64,000 nucleotides of DNA from Nitrospinota bacterium (lineage in GTDB: Bacteria > Nitrospinota > Nitrospinia > Nitrospinales > VA-1), in NCBI GenBank assembly GCA_014382285.1, contig JACNKA010000060.1:6987-70986 (forward strand), written 5' to 3'. The stretch's first letter is position 1; each line of letters starts with the position of its first letter. Of this stretch, positions 56,061 to 64,000 are shown piece after piece. Below the pieces are notes generated by a model, which did no database searches, had not been told where the DNA came from, and worked only from the letters and a program-made list of their open reading frames with translations. The translations under genes were made by a program, and so were the position numbers.

Positions 56061-58806
56061 TTCTCAAAGTCAATTTTGGAATTTCAACTATTAATCGAGT
56101 GCCTTCACCAACGACACCCTTGATTTCAACATGGCCTTTCCAGATAAGAGCACGCTCACGAATTCCCAGCAATCCCAGAGAATTTGAATGATCGATGCGC
56201 ATTTTATCAATGCCCATACCATCATCCATGACGCGTAACACATATCCGGTTTCATTTTCAACAAAATCAATTATAACCTTAGTTGCCTGGGAGTGGCGTG
56301 AAATATTTGTCAAGGCCTCCTGAAAAATTCTAAAAAGATCCGTGGACAACTCAGGCTGCAATTTGATTCCTTCGGGTTCGATGTTTAATTTACAACTGAT
56401 ATTTGTATTTTCCGTGAATTTTTCAGCCTGCCATTGCAAAGCCTCACAAAACCCCATCACATCCAGAACCTGCGGCCGTAGTTCCGTAGAAACCCTGCGC
56501 ACGGTTTCCAAAGAATCCTCTAAATGCGAGTAAATCGATTTAACTTTATCCCGCACAGTAGGCTCAGAAACGTCAACTCTCTTTTCTATCCAAGTCAGAT
56601 CCAGCTTGATCGCTGTTAACGTCTGCCCTAATTCATCATGAATTTCCCTGGATATTCGCTTTTTATCTTCTTCCCTGATAGTTTGCAGTTTATTACTCAA
56701 ATCTCTCAATTGCTGGTGTGATTTTTTGAGGTTCTCTTCGGCATTTTTTTTCTCGGTGATATCCAACACTGTACCAATTATCCTTTTAGGGGTTCCCTCC
56801 TCATCGTAAAAGGTTTGAAATTTTTCCTGAACCGTCTTTATAGAACCATCAGGCAGCACAATGCGATGGACTAAATCATACGGTTTCTTTTCATAGATGC
56901 TCGTCATGAAACCTACACGAACACGACGCCGGTCTTCGGGATGCGCCCTTTCGAAAAAAGCATTATAACTGGGGTTGAATAGTTTTCGATCCATACCAAA
57001 AATCTTATACACCTCATCAGACCAAAGCAAACTGCTTTTTTCAACATCCATTTCCCAACTTCCAAGGCAGGCCATTTCCTGGGCTTGCGCAAGGTTCTGT
57101 TCACTGGCACGAAGGGCAAACTCAGCCTCTTTGAGATTCGTAATGTCAGTATCCGATCCGACCATTCGCAAAGGTTCACCCGTTTCACCCCTTTTAACTA
57201 TCCGTCCCCGATCAAGGTTCCATCTCCAGCTACCATCCTTACGTAACAGGCGGTTTTCACATTGGTAACGCCCACTCTTTCCCTCTAAACAATCCGTTAT
57301 TGCCTTCATTACCTTTGGCTTGTCTTCAGGATGCACAAGTTTTTTCCAGGAGTCGATATGAGGTTTCAGCTCACCCGGCCGATACCCGAGCGACTCCAGC
57401 CAATGCGGGCTGAAAAATACCTCATCGGTGGATATATTCCAATCCCAAACCCCATCTGTAGTGGCCTCTAAAAATAGCTGGAGTCTTTCTTCATTAACAC
57501 TCAAGGCCTCTTCAAGCTCACCCTTATACCTATGAAGTTTTTCTTCGGCTCCATACTTCTCGATGGCAAGGCTGGCCAAGTGGGCTACTGATTTCATCAT
57601 GCCCAATTCCCAGTCTGAGGGCAGGTTAGGTTTATTAGAATAGAGCGCAAAGGTTCCCAAAACTTTTCCAACCATATCAAAGATCGGGATGGACCAGCAC
57701 GACTGTAAATCGTGTGCGAGAGCGAGTTCTTTAAAATCTTCCCAAAGAGGGTCGCTGGCAATATCTGAAACAATAACCATTTCCTTTCGATAAGCGGCCG
57801 TCCCACAAGAACCGGCGGAAGGCCCTATGGACATTCCACCGATGGCTTCAGAATACGGTTGTGGAAGATTAGGAGCCACACCATGGGAAAAGGATTTGTC
57901 CGCTTTATCCAATAAGAGTATGGAACCTTTTAAATTATCGGTCTGTTTTTCGATTCCCCTGACGATGTGATTCAGGACACTTTTAAGCGAATGCTCCTGG
58001 ACCATAACTTCCAAAACTTTATTTTGAAAAAAAAGAAACCCTTCATTACGCTTACGCTCCGAAATGTCCGATGAAATCCCGGCAATTCCTACCGGCTTAC
58101 CCCCTTCATCTCGTAGTGGGAATTGAATGGAATGAAAAGTTTTGACTTGTTCATCTACGAAAAATTGCTCTTCGGCAATGAGAGGTTTAAGATCCCCTAT
58201 TACTTTTCTGTCATTTCTAACAAACCGATCTGCGGTGTCCCAGGGAAACACCTCATAGGGTTTTTTTCCAATAGTCTCAGCCCTTTTGGCTCCAGTTATC
58301 CGCTCAAACATTTTATTAACATGGGTATATTTTCCACCCATGTCCTTCATATAAATAAGAGCCGGGGAATTATCTATAAGGCTTTTGAGAATAGTTTCAC
58401 TTATTATATTATTTTCCTCCGCAATTTTTTTCTCGGTCACATCAAACTTTAAAATCATGCAACCTTTTTTATCAGAAGGAGAAACCGCTTTCAAAAGAAA
58501 CCATTTTTTTTGTTCACGGTAATGGCAAGGGTATACGGTTTCATAAGCTTGACACTCCCCGCTTATTACAGACTGAATTCCATTTACTTGCTCTTCCGAA
58601 ATAATTTTCCATCTGGCACATTCAGTCAGATAATCAGAACCAATAAACAATCCTGGAAAGTTGGCGACAATACCCGGCTTGTAAAATTTTTCCCAATTGG
58701 GGTTAACATAAATGATCTCACCCTCTTCATTGAGAATACAAACATTGCCTGGAATTAAATTCAGTAATTCCCTGGGTTCAAAGTTAATTTGAGAAAATGA
58801 AAGCAA
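56053..58806 (-). CDS. Cytoplasmic multi-sensor histidine kinase (PAS-PAS-GAF-PAS-PAS-HisKA_3-HATPase)
   Basis: No TM segments. H-box REIHDELGQTLTAIKLDL (HisKA_3), N-box EALTNISRHS, G-box DDGMGI...GLLGIRER. TTG start. Confidence 0.9.
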   Translation of the reverse strand: MLSFSQINFEPRELLNLIPGNVCILNEEGEIIYVNPNWEKFYKPGIVANFPGLFIGSDYLTECARWKIISEEQVNGIQSVISGECQAYETVYPCHYREQKKWFLLKAVSPSDKKGCMILKFDVTEKKIAEENNIISETILKSLIDNSPALIYMKDMGGKYTHVNKMFERITGAKRAETIGKKPYEVFPWDTADRFVRNDRKVIGDLKPLIAEEQFFVDEQVKTFHSIQFPLRDEGGKPVGIAGISSDISERKRNEGFLFFQNKVLEVMVQEHSLKSVLNHIVRGIEKQTDNLKGSILLLDKADKSFSHGVAPNLPQPYSEAIGGMSIGPSAGSCGTAAYRKEMVIVSDIASDPLWEDFKELALAHDLQSCWSIPIFDMVGKVLGTFALYSNKPNLPSDWELGMMKSVAHLASLAIEKYGAEEKLHRYKGELEEALSVNEERLQLFLEATTDGVWDWNISTDEVFFSPHWLESLGYRPGELKPHIDSWKKLVHPEDKPKVMKAITDCLEGKSGRYQCENRLLRKDGSWRWNLDRGRIVKRGETGEPLRMVGSDTDITNLKEAEFALRASEQNLAQAQEMACLGSWEMDVEKSSLLWSDEVYKIFGMDRKLFNPSYNAFFERAHPEDRRRVRVGFMTSIYEKKPYDLVHRIVLPDGSIKTVQEKFQTFYDEEGTPKRIIGTVLDITEKKNAEENLKKSHQQLRDLSNKLQTIREEDKKRISREIHDELGQTLTAIKLDLTWIEKRVDVSEPTVRDKVKSIYSHLEDSLETVRRVSTELRPQVLDVMGFCEALQWQAEKFTENTNISCKLNIEPEGIKLQPELSTDLFRIFQEALTNISRHSQATKVIIDFVENETGYVLRVMDDGMGIDKMRIDHSNSLGLLGIRERALIWKGHVEIKGVVGEGTRLIVEIPKLTLRND

Positions 58807-58827
58807 TCTGTTATCTCAAGTTAAAGG

Positions 58828-58920
58828 TTAATCGGTATTCCATTCGGTAAAAAAATAATACACCAGTGCGATAGTGAGAACCCCTGCCAGACCTACCGTT
58901 ACAATGCAACTTAAATTCAT
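58828..58920 (-). CDS. 30-aa hydrophobic mini-protein (MNLSCIVTVGLAGVLTIALVYYFFTEWNTD)
   Basis: Below the track's size cut-off. AAGGAG lies 6 nt before the ATG, with a candidate promoter upstream. One predicted TM helix. The stop is 21 nt before the kinase start. Confidence 0.5.
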   Translation of the reverse strand: MNLSCIVTVGLAGVLTIALVYYFFTEWNTD

Positions 58921-58959
58921 TAAAAGCTCCTTTCAGGAAATCTGTTGACGATGCCTCAT

Positions 58960-58988
58960 ATTTTATTAATTCTTTAATCAAAAAGCAA
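58960..58988 (-). promoter_or_regulatory. Candidate sigma-70 promoter for the mini-ORF/kinase/regulator operon
   Basis: Minus strand TTGCTT-N17-TAAAAT. Confidence 0.45.
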
Positions 58989-59093
58989 AGTTTCGCTCAT
59001 AATAGTTAAAGTATTTTAAGAAAGAAAAAACTGGCTAGCTTTGCTGCCAGGGTCCATATTTTAAATAAATACTTGTCTTTAATAAGATTGTTT

Positions 59094-59960
59094 ATGAAGC
59101 TACTCTACCCATTTGCCAAACGCTTTATAGCTGGGCCCGACCTCAGAACGGCTCTTCCCGCTATCCACAGCGTTAAAGAGTCTGGCTATTATTCATCCAT
59201 TGATATTCTGGGAGAAAGCGTTACCACCCGACCACAGGCAGAAGCGGCAAAAACCGAATACCTGAAGCTCTTTGAGTCACTCTGCAGCATCAACCATTCC
59301 TTTGATTTTTCCATCAAGCTCTCACAACTAGGTTTGGATATTGACCGAAGTTTCTGCACCGAAAATCTAAAGCAATTGGCACGGGCAATGGGCCAGCACA
59401 CAATCCGAATCGATATGGAAGGCTCCGCCCACACTCAAAACACGCTGGAAATTTGTGAGAAAGTGCATAAGACCTATCCTCATATTGGTCAGGCCATACA
59501 GGCTTATCTGTTTCGCTCTGAAAATGATGTTCGCCGTTGTATTGACAACGGGATATCCATAAGGCTTTGCAAAGGAGCTTACAAAGAATCTCCTGAGGTT
59601 GCCCTGCAATCGATGGATAAAATCAGGGCGAGCTTTTTCAAACTGGCCTGCCAACTGCTGAAAGATGGATATCAGCCGGCTATCGCAACCCATGACGAAA
59701 ACCTGCTGGTGGAACTTCTGGATTTCATACGCCACGAAAAGATTGATCCAGAATCCTTTTACTTCGAAATGTTGTATGGCGTCCGACGAGATATACAGAG
59801 AATACTTAAAGACAAGGGATATCGGGTAAGAGTCTATATCCCCTACGGAAGTGCATGGTTGCCTTATACCCTCCGCCGCCTGGCCGAAAAAAAAGAAAAC
59901 CTGCTTTTTGTGATCACCCATCTCTTTAGAGAAACTTTTGGCTTAAGAAAGCTACGCTGA
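59094..59960 (+). CDS. Proline dehydrogenase (monofunctional PRODH family)
   Basis: KRFIAG...SIDILGESV, LSQLG, IRIDMEGS, IRLCKGAY, ATHD and RVYIPYG resemble the stand-alone PutA-type PRODH barrel. ATG 59094 is preferred over TTG 59073. Confidence 0.8.
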   Translation: MKLLYPFAKRFIAGPDLRTALPAIHSVKESGYYSSIDILGESVTTRPQAEAAKTEYLKLFESLCSINHSFDFSIKLSQLGLDIDRSFCTENLKQLARAMGQHTIRIDMEGSAHTQNTLEICEKVHKTYPHIGQAIQAYLFRSENDVRRCIDNGISIRLCKGAYKESPEVALQSMDKIRASFFKLACQLLKDGYQPAIATHDENLLVELLDFIRHEKIDPESFYFEMLYGVRRDIQRILKDKGYRVRVYIPYGSAWLPYTLRRLAEKKENLLFVITHLFRETFGLRKLR

Positions 59961-59992
59961 CCAATGCCGGGAAATTGCGAACCAGAGCAGGA

Positions 59993-60814
59993 TTAAGCCC
60001 TCAAACGGTTCACATAACGGATGGTTTCCTGAGAATACTTCCCGGTAACTTGTGGAAGCACCTGTGCCACTTGATCCCAGGTTTTGACCGGTTCATTGGA
60101 AATTTTATTAATCGCCTTAGCGATGTTTCCCATTCCGGCATTGTAGGCTCCGGCAGCAAAGTTCCACGCTTCATCCTCGGCGATTCCTTGCATTTGGTAT
60201 TTGTCATAAAGTTTTTTCAGATAACGGGCAGATGCATCCAAGTTTGACTCAGCGTGCCAGACCGAACCCGGGGTCTTGTCACCGTCAAGAGTCAGCCCCA
60301 GTTCCTTGGCTGTCTCTGGCATGATCTGACCCAGCCCCATTGCTCCTCTGGGACTCAGAGCTTCAGGGTCATATCCTGACTCTGTTTGAATAAGTTTTTG
60401 GAACAGCGTTGCAGGAATAGAGTTCTTAGCAGCAACACGAACTGACAACTCCTTAAGAGAAGGTCTACTCAGGTTTTGCCCATCCTCTATTCTCTTTGCC
60501 ACCTCATAAGACTTCAAAACGTGTTGAGAATTAATGCTTGACTGAAATTTTTGCTCGGCACCAAAAACTTTTAATTTAAGAAGGGCTTTCGAAAGAGCGA
60601 ATGGATCGATATCCAGCGCCGAAGGTCCGCTTGGTGGACTCCAAGCCCGAATCATTTCCAGTTGGTGTTTAATCAATACAGAATAAAAAGGATCGCCCGT
60701 GTTTGTGCTCCTTTCCATCTTAACAGGATCAACAGAATCCAACTTATTCGAACTTTTCAGATAAAAGTCAAGGTTCAGCACTGAAATCTCCAGACAATAA
60801 TTTGACACAATCAC
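59993..60814 (-). CDS. Lytic transglycosylase (SLT domain) protein without a recognisable signal peptide
   Basis: Catalytic region LIQTESGYDPEALSPRGAMGLGQIMPETA and AYNAG. The start is uncertain (GTG 60814 or ATG 60718). Confidence 0.8.
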   Translation of the reverse strand: MIVSNYCLEISVLNLDFYLKSSNKLDSVDPVKMERSTNTGDPFYSVLIKHQLEMIRAWSPPSGPSALDIDPFALSKALLKLKVFGAEQKFQSSINSQHVLKSYEVAKRIEDGQNLSRPSLKELSVRVAAKNSIPATLFQKLIQTESGYDPEALSPRGAMGLGQIMPETAKELGLTLDGDKTPGSVWHAESNLDASARYLKKLYDKYQMQGIAEDEAWNFAAGAYNAGMGNIAKAINKISNEPVKTWDQVAQVLPQVTGKYSQETIRYVNRLRA

Positions 60815-61081
60815 CTTTTGATCTCAATTCAGCAAAGCCCATGCCAAAACTGGTTTTCTGGATCAGTTGCAAGTATAATTTGCCCCTAAAAAAATTGGCC
60901 TTTCCGATAAGCAAGATGAAGTCGGCACTACCGCCCATATCCATAAAATTATTTTACACCTTCACAAGATGTCTATAAATATGTACAAACTGCCATTTAA
61001 CCAGCAAATAAGTCATCGATAACAAAACCATATCTCCAAGTATTTAAATACTTAATTACAAAGAAGAATAACCAGTAAGTT

Positions 61082-61096
61082 TGGCGCAGATATTGC
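61082..61096 (+). promoter_or_regulatory. Candidate sigma-54 (-24/-12) promoter
   Basis: TGGCGC-AGATA-TTGC has the correct GG/GC spacing versus the consensus TGGCAC-N5-TTGC, with one mismatch. It lies ~215-235 nt upstream of the receiver gene. Confidence 0.35.
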
Positions 61097-61312
61097 TATT
61101 TACTATTATGATAGTGATTTGAAAGATTTTTTTCCTCGGATATCTCCCTTCTCATACCGAAATTTCTGGTAATATTAGGAACTCTTGAAAAATATATCTT
61201 TAGAAAAACACAATCATGCCGAATTAGCAGAGGTGTGTGCTTTAGCAAAAGCACTTCAAGGGTTAACCTGATAGTGCCAGGCCTCATCTGCACTCAGGAA
61301 TATTAAGAGCAG

Positions 61313-61708
61313 GTGTCTACGATCTACAATACTATGAACATACTAGTTACAGACGATATTGAAGATTCCAGAGCCATACTGAAAGCACTGCTTGAGGAAA
61401 AAGAGCATACTGTAGTGACCGCACCAAACGGTAAGGTTGCTCTGGACATGATCAAAGAATCGTTGCCAGACATGATCGTCACAGATATTTTGATGCCTGA
61501 AATGGACGGATTTGAACTATGTCGACGAGTTAGAGCCAGGCCAGACTGGAGTGGTGTGATCATCATAGTTTACACTGGCTACTACAAATCACCGGCGGAT
61601 GTAGAACTTGGGTATGCGCTGGGAGCAAATGAATATATCATCAAACCACAAGAGCCTGAGATATTCTTAAACCTGATCGAAAATGCCATCAAAGAGCATA
61701 AAAAATAG
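61313..61708 (+). CDS. Single-domain response regulator (receiver only)
   Basis: NILVTDDIED...DMIVTDILMPEMDG...IIKP. The start is either GTG 61313 or ATG 61334. Confidence 0.88.
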   Translation: MSTIYNTMNILVTDDIEDSRAILKALLEEKEHTVVTAPNGKVALDMIKESLPDMIVTDILMPEMDGFELCRRVRARPDWSGVIIIVYTGYYKSPADVELGYALGANEYIIKPQEPEIFLNLIENAIKEHKK

Positions 61709-61732
61709 GGGCCACCCTGCTCTGCCACCCGC

Positions 61733-62617
61733 TCAGTCTAAACCCGCCGCCCGAGCCTGCTGGTCTGCCAGATAAGAACTCCGCACAAGAGGCCCTGCCT
61801 CCACATGATTCAGGCCTAACGATTCGCCAATCTCCTTATATTCTACAAACCGGTCGGGGTGAATGAACTCGCTGACTTCCATATGAGCCGGGGAAGGCCT
61901 GAGATATTGCCCAATTGAAAGAATTTGACACCCCACCTCGACAAGATCCTTCATCGCTTGAATCACTTCTTCTTTTTTTTCTCCCAAACCCAACATGAGT
62001 CCACTCTTGACGATCGTCTTCTCGGTTTCTGCCGCTATTTTTAAAGTTTTCAGGGACCATTCGTAGCGGCATTGGGGACGCGCTTGCCTTTGCAAAGATT
62101 CAACTGTTTCCAGATTGTGAGCCAGCACGTCAGGCCGGGCTTCGCACACTTGACGGATGAGACCTGTTTTTCCCTGAAAATCCGGAATCAACGTCTCAAT
62201 TTTAATATTCGGGCAACGACTTCTAATAGCCATAATGGTTTTAACCCAATGCCCTGCCCCGCCATCCGGCAGATCATCACGATCCACAGAAGTTATGACT
62301 GCAAACTTTAAATTCAATCGAGAGAGAGAGCCCGCAACCTTATCGGGCTCGTCAGGGTCAGGTAGGTTCAGGTGCCCTGTGGCTACATCGCAAAATCGAC
62401 AGGCCCGGGTACAGGTATCTCCCAGAATCATAAAAGTCAGCGTGCCCGCATCCCAACAGGAACCTATGTTAGGGCACGATGCTGACTCGCAAACCGTGTT
62501 CAACCCGCTTTCTTTTAAAAGGGATTTTAATTGAAAAAACTTACGGGTCCCAGGAAGCTTGGTCTTTAACCAGTGCGGCAACCTTTTATGCTGGTATTTG
62601 GTGATTGGATTGCTCAT
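61733..62617 (-). CDS. lipA: Lipoyl synthase
   Basis: CESASCPNIGSC and CTRACRFC cluster motifs. The internal ATG 62617 (MSNPITKYQHKRLPHWLK) fits family N-termini better than the 328-aa track ORF. Confidence 0.93.
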   Translation of the reverse strand: MSNPITKYQHKRLPHWLKTKLPGTRKFFQLKSLLKESGLNTVCESASCPNIGSCWDAGTLTFMILGDTCTRACRFCDVATGHLNLPDPDEPDKVAGSLSRLNLKFAVITSVDRDDLPDGGAGHWVKTIMAIRSRCPNIKIETLIPDFQGKTGLIRQVCEARPDVLAHNLETVESLQRQARPQCRYEWSLKTLKIAAETEKTIVKSGLMLGLGEKKEEVIQAMKDLVEVGCQILSIGQYLRPSPAHMEVSEFIHPDRFVEYKEIGESLGLNHVEAGPLVRSSYLADQQARAAGLD

Positions 62618-62745
62618 TAAAATAAAAGGGTGAGGTGTAATACAGAAGTCGGGATGTAGTATAATGTTAGAGTTTATAAAAAGAAACCCTTCGTTTCTAT
62701 ACTCAATAGCTCCAGCCAATTTTCACATCAGTCAAAAGCCATCCC

Positions 62746-64000
62746 ATGTTTTTCAAGACTATTGATAGATATATATTAAGAGAATTGTTGAAGATTTTCC
62801 TGATCAGTATCTTCGCCATGACAATGATCCTCTATCTCGATAAATTTCTGTTTATCGCTGAAATGATCGTTAATCGCGGCGTTTCTTTCATGGAAATGAT
62901 GATGATGATGGTCTATATATCTCCTGCTTTTTTTGCTATCACCATTCCCATGGCAGTCCTCATGGCTTCTGTAGTTACATTCAACCAGTTTTCAGCCAAT
63001 AATGAGTGGGTTGCCATGAAGTCTTGCAACTGGAGTTTTATGGAGTTAATGAAACCCGTTCTATTTTTTTCGTTATTCGCATATTTTATGGCCAATATCG
63101 TAATGTTCTGGGCTCTCCCCTGGGGCAATCAGTCCTACAAAATTCTGGTTTATGACATCATTAAGAACCGGGCCAATATAGACATTCAACCTAACGTCTT
63201 CAATCGGGACTTTAAAAACCTGATTCTTCTGGTTAAAGAGCACCATCAAAATTCATTGCTCAAAGGTGTGTTCATCGCCGACACCAGTAACCCGAAAGCC
63301 CCACAAATTATCACCTCCGAACAGGGAGTCATATTTCCAAATCCGGAGACCCTCAAAATCCAACTTAAACTCAACAATGGAACCATTCATGAATTGAGCA
63401 ATGAAAGAGGCGACTATCAAACTTTGAATTTTGACCGTTATGATATCAATCTCAGCCTCCCAGATACTGAAAGGCTGGAGAAGGAAGCCCTTGTTGGGAA
63501 CCGAGAACTATCGTACACAAAAATCAAAGAGAAGATCAAGGATATGAAAACAAAAGGGCTCCCCACCTCTGGGCCAGAGGTGGAATTGAGCAAAAAATTC
63601 TCCATCCCCTTCACTTGTCTTCTCTTTGCATTTCTCGGAGCCCCACTCGGTATTAAATCAAGCCGGTCGGGTAAATCAGGCAGCTTTGGAGTCACCGTAG
63701 CTGTTATCATGGTTTATTATATCGGGCTCATTATGACCCAGAATCTGGGGAGAATTGGCAAAATTCATGCTTACACTTCTGTATGGATACCCAATATAAT
63801 CCTGGTTTTTGTAGTTGTTTATGTGGTCTATAAAATGCAAAAGGAGTTGCCGTTCAAATTCTTCGAGAGCTTCATCGATTTCATCGTAACGGTTGTTGAA
63901 TTCTTCAAAAACTTGTTTGGAAAAACAAATAAGAAACCAACCAGAAAAATTATGGCAACGAAAAAACCCATCACACCCCGCCCCTCTCTAGAGGGAATAG
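62746..64000 (+). CDS. LptF/LptG-family LPS export permease (3' end beyond window; absent from ORF track)
   Basis: ATG 62746 opens a stop-free frame to nt 64000. MFFKTIDRYILRELLKIFLISIF is the hallmark YjgP/YjgQ N-terminus. Three N-terminal TM helices, a periplasmic beta-jellyroll region, then C-terminal TM helices. Confidence 0.85.
   Translation, partial: MFFKTIDRYILRELLKIFLISIFAMTMILYLDKFLFIAEMIVNRGVSFMEMMMMMVYISPAFFAITIPMAVLMASVVTFNQFSANNEWVAMKSCNWSFMELMKPVLFFSLFAYFMANIVMFWALPWGNQSYKILVYDIIKNRANIDIQPNVFNRDFKNLILLVKEHHQNSLLKGVFIADTSNPKAPQIITSEQGVIFPNPETLKIQLKLNNGTIHELSNERGDYQTLNFDRYDINLSLPDTERLEKEALVGNRELSYTKIKEKIKDMKTKGLPTSGPEVELSKKFSIPFTCLLFAFLGAPLGIKSSRSGKSGSFGVTVAVIMVYYIGLIMTQNLGRIGKIHAYTSVWIPNIILVFVVVYVVYKMQKELPFKFFESFIDFIVTVVEFFKNLFGKTNKKPTRKIMATKKPITPRPSLEGI

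Noticed and set aside
60841-60978. A 45-codon plus-strand ORF (MPKLVFWISCKYNLPLKK...) in the same spacer.
   Set aside because: It has no SD, no supporting promoter and no recognisable features. This is insufficient to call.
61096-61293. A 65-aa minus-strand ORF in the large spacer.
   Set aside because: It has no RBS and an unremarkable sequence, and it overlaps the candidate sigma-54 promoter/leader. I treat the region as non-coding.
1-64000. Search for CRISPR arrays, tandem repeats, IS elements, integrases, prophage or defence-island genes, rRNA and tRNA.
   Set aside because: My by-eye reading of all intergenic regions (>60 bp) and of the ORF translations found none. Only short hairpins and low-complexity coding repeats (tatA tail, tig and lptA C-termini) were seen. 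A computational repeat and tRNA scan would be needed to be certain.

Overview
This is a dense, mostly housekeeping chromosomal window from a diderm (Gram-negative-type) bacterium; Lpt genes, an LpoA-like protein and TatA support the diderm call. I cannot assign a taxon from the sequence alone. I call about 62 protein-coding genes, including two cut by the window edges: nuoG at the 5' end, and an LptF/G-family permease at the 3' end that the ORF track misses because it has no stop in the window.

Main gene blocks:
- nuoG-nuoD.
- tatA.
- PBP1A, convergent with an LpoA-like TPR/periplasmic-binding fusion protein.
- A long minus-strand array: SYLF-pgi-tal-glk-argG, a sigma-54 activator, then the LpoA-like gene.
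- A second minus-strand array: aminotransferase-hom-thrC, an FGE-like gene, then trxB.
- uppP.
- A eukaryote-type UDP-glucose pyrophosphorylase.
- A gpx/alkC/nnr/tsaE damage-control neighbourhood.
- lptC-lptA-lptB-rpoN-hpf-ptsN-ptsI-metK.
- tig followed by a Rieske protein, then ispG.
- A PflX-type radical SAM gene, divergent from a YejABEF-like ABC importer.
- Periplasmic msrAB.
- A multi-PAS/GAF histidine kinase with a NarL-type regulator.
- Proline dehydrogenase, a lytic transglycosylase and lipA.

I found no rRNA, tRNA, CRISPR array, transposase, integrase or recognisable defence system.

Nothing here is a clear-cut novel system. The best candidates for undescribed biology are:
1. Two mutually homologous uncharacterised ~200-aa proteins bracketing a BtuE-type peroxidase.
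2. A 30-codon hydrophobic mini-ORF with a perfect Shine-Dalgarno sequence heading the soluble kinase/regulator operon.
3. An orphan intrinsic terminator, giving a ~70-nt CCUCC-containing RNA candidate, upstream of the aminotransferase-hom-thrC operon.
4. A ~220-nt structured leader in front of a small secreted Gly/Asn-rich protein.
5. A non-canonical nuoG-nuoD adjacency.
6. An RNI-type LRR + DUF5069 gene pair.
7. A sigma-54 -24/-12 match inside a 498-bp ORF-poor spacer.

All functional calls rest on motifs I recognise by eye. No database search was run.
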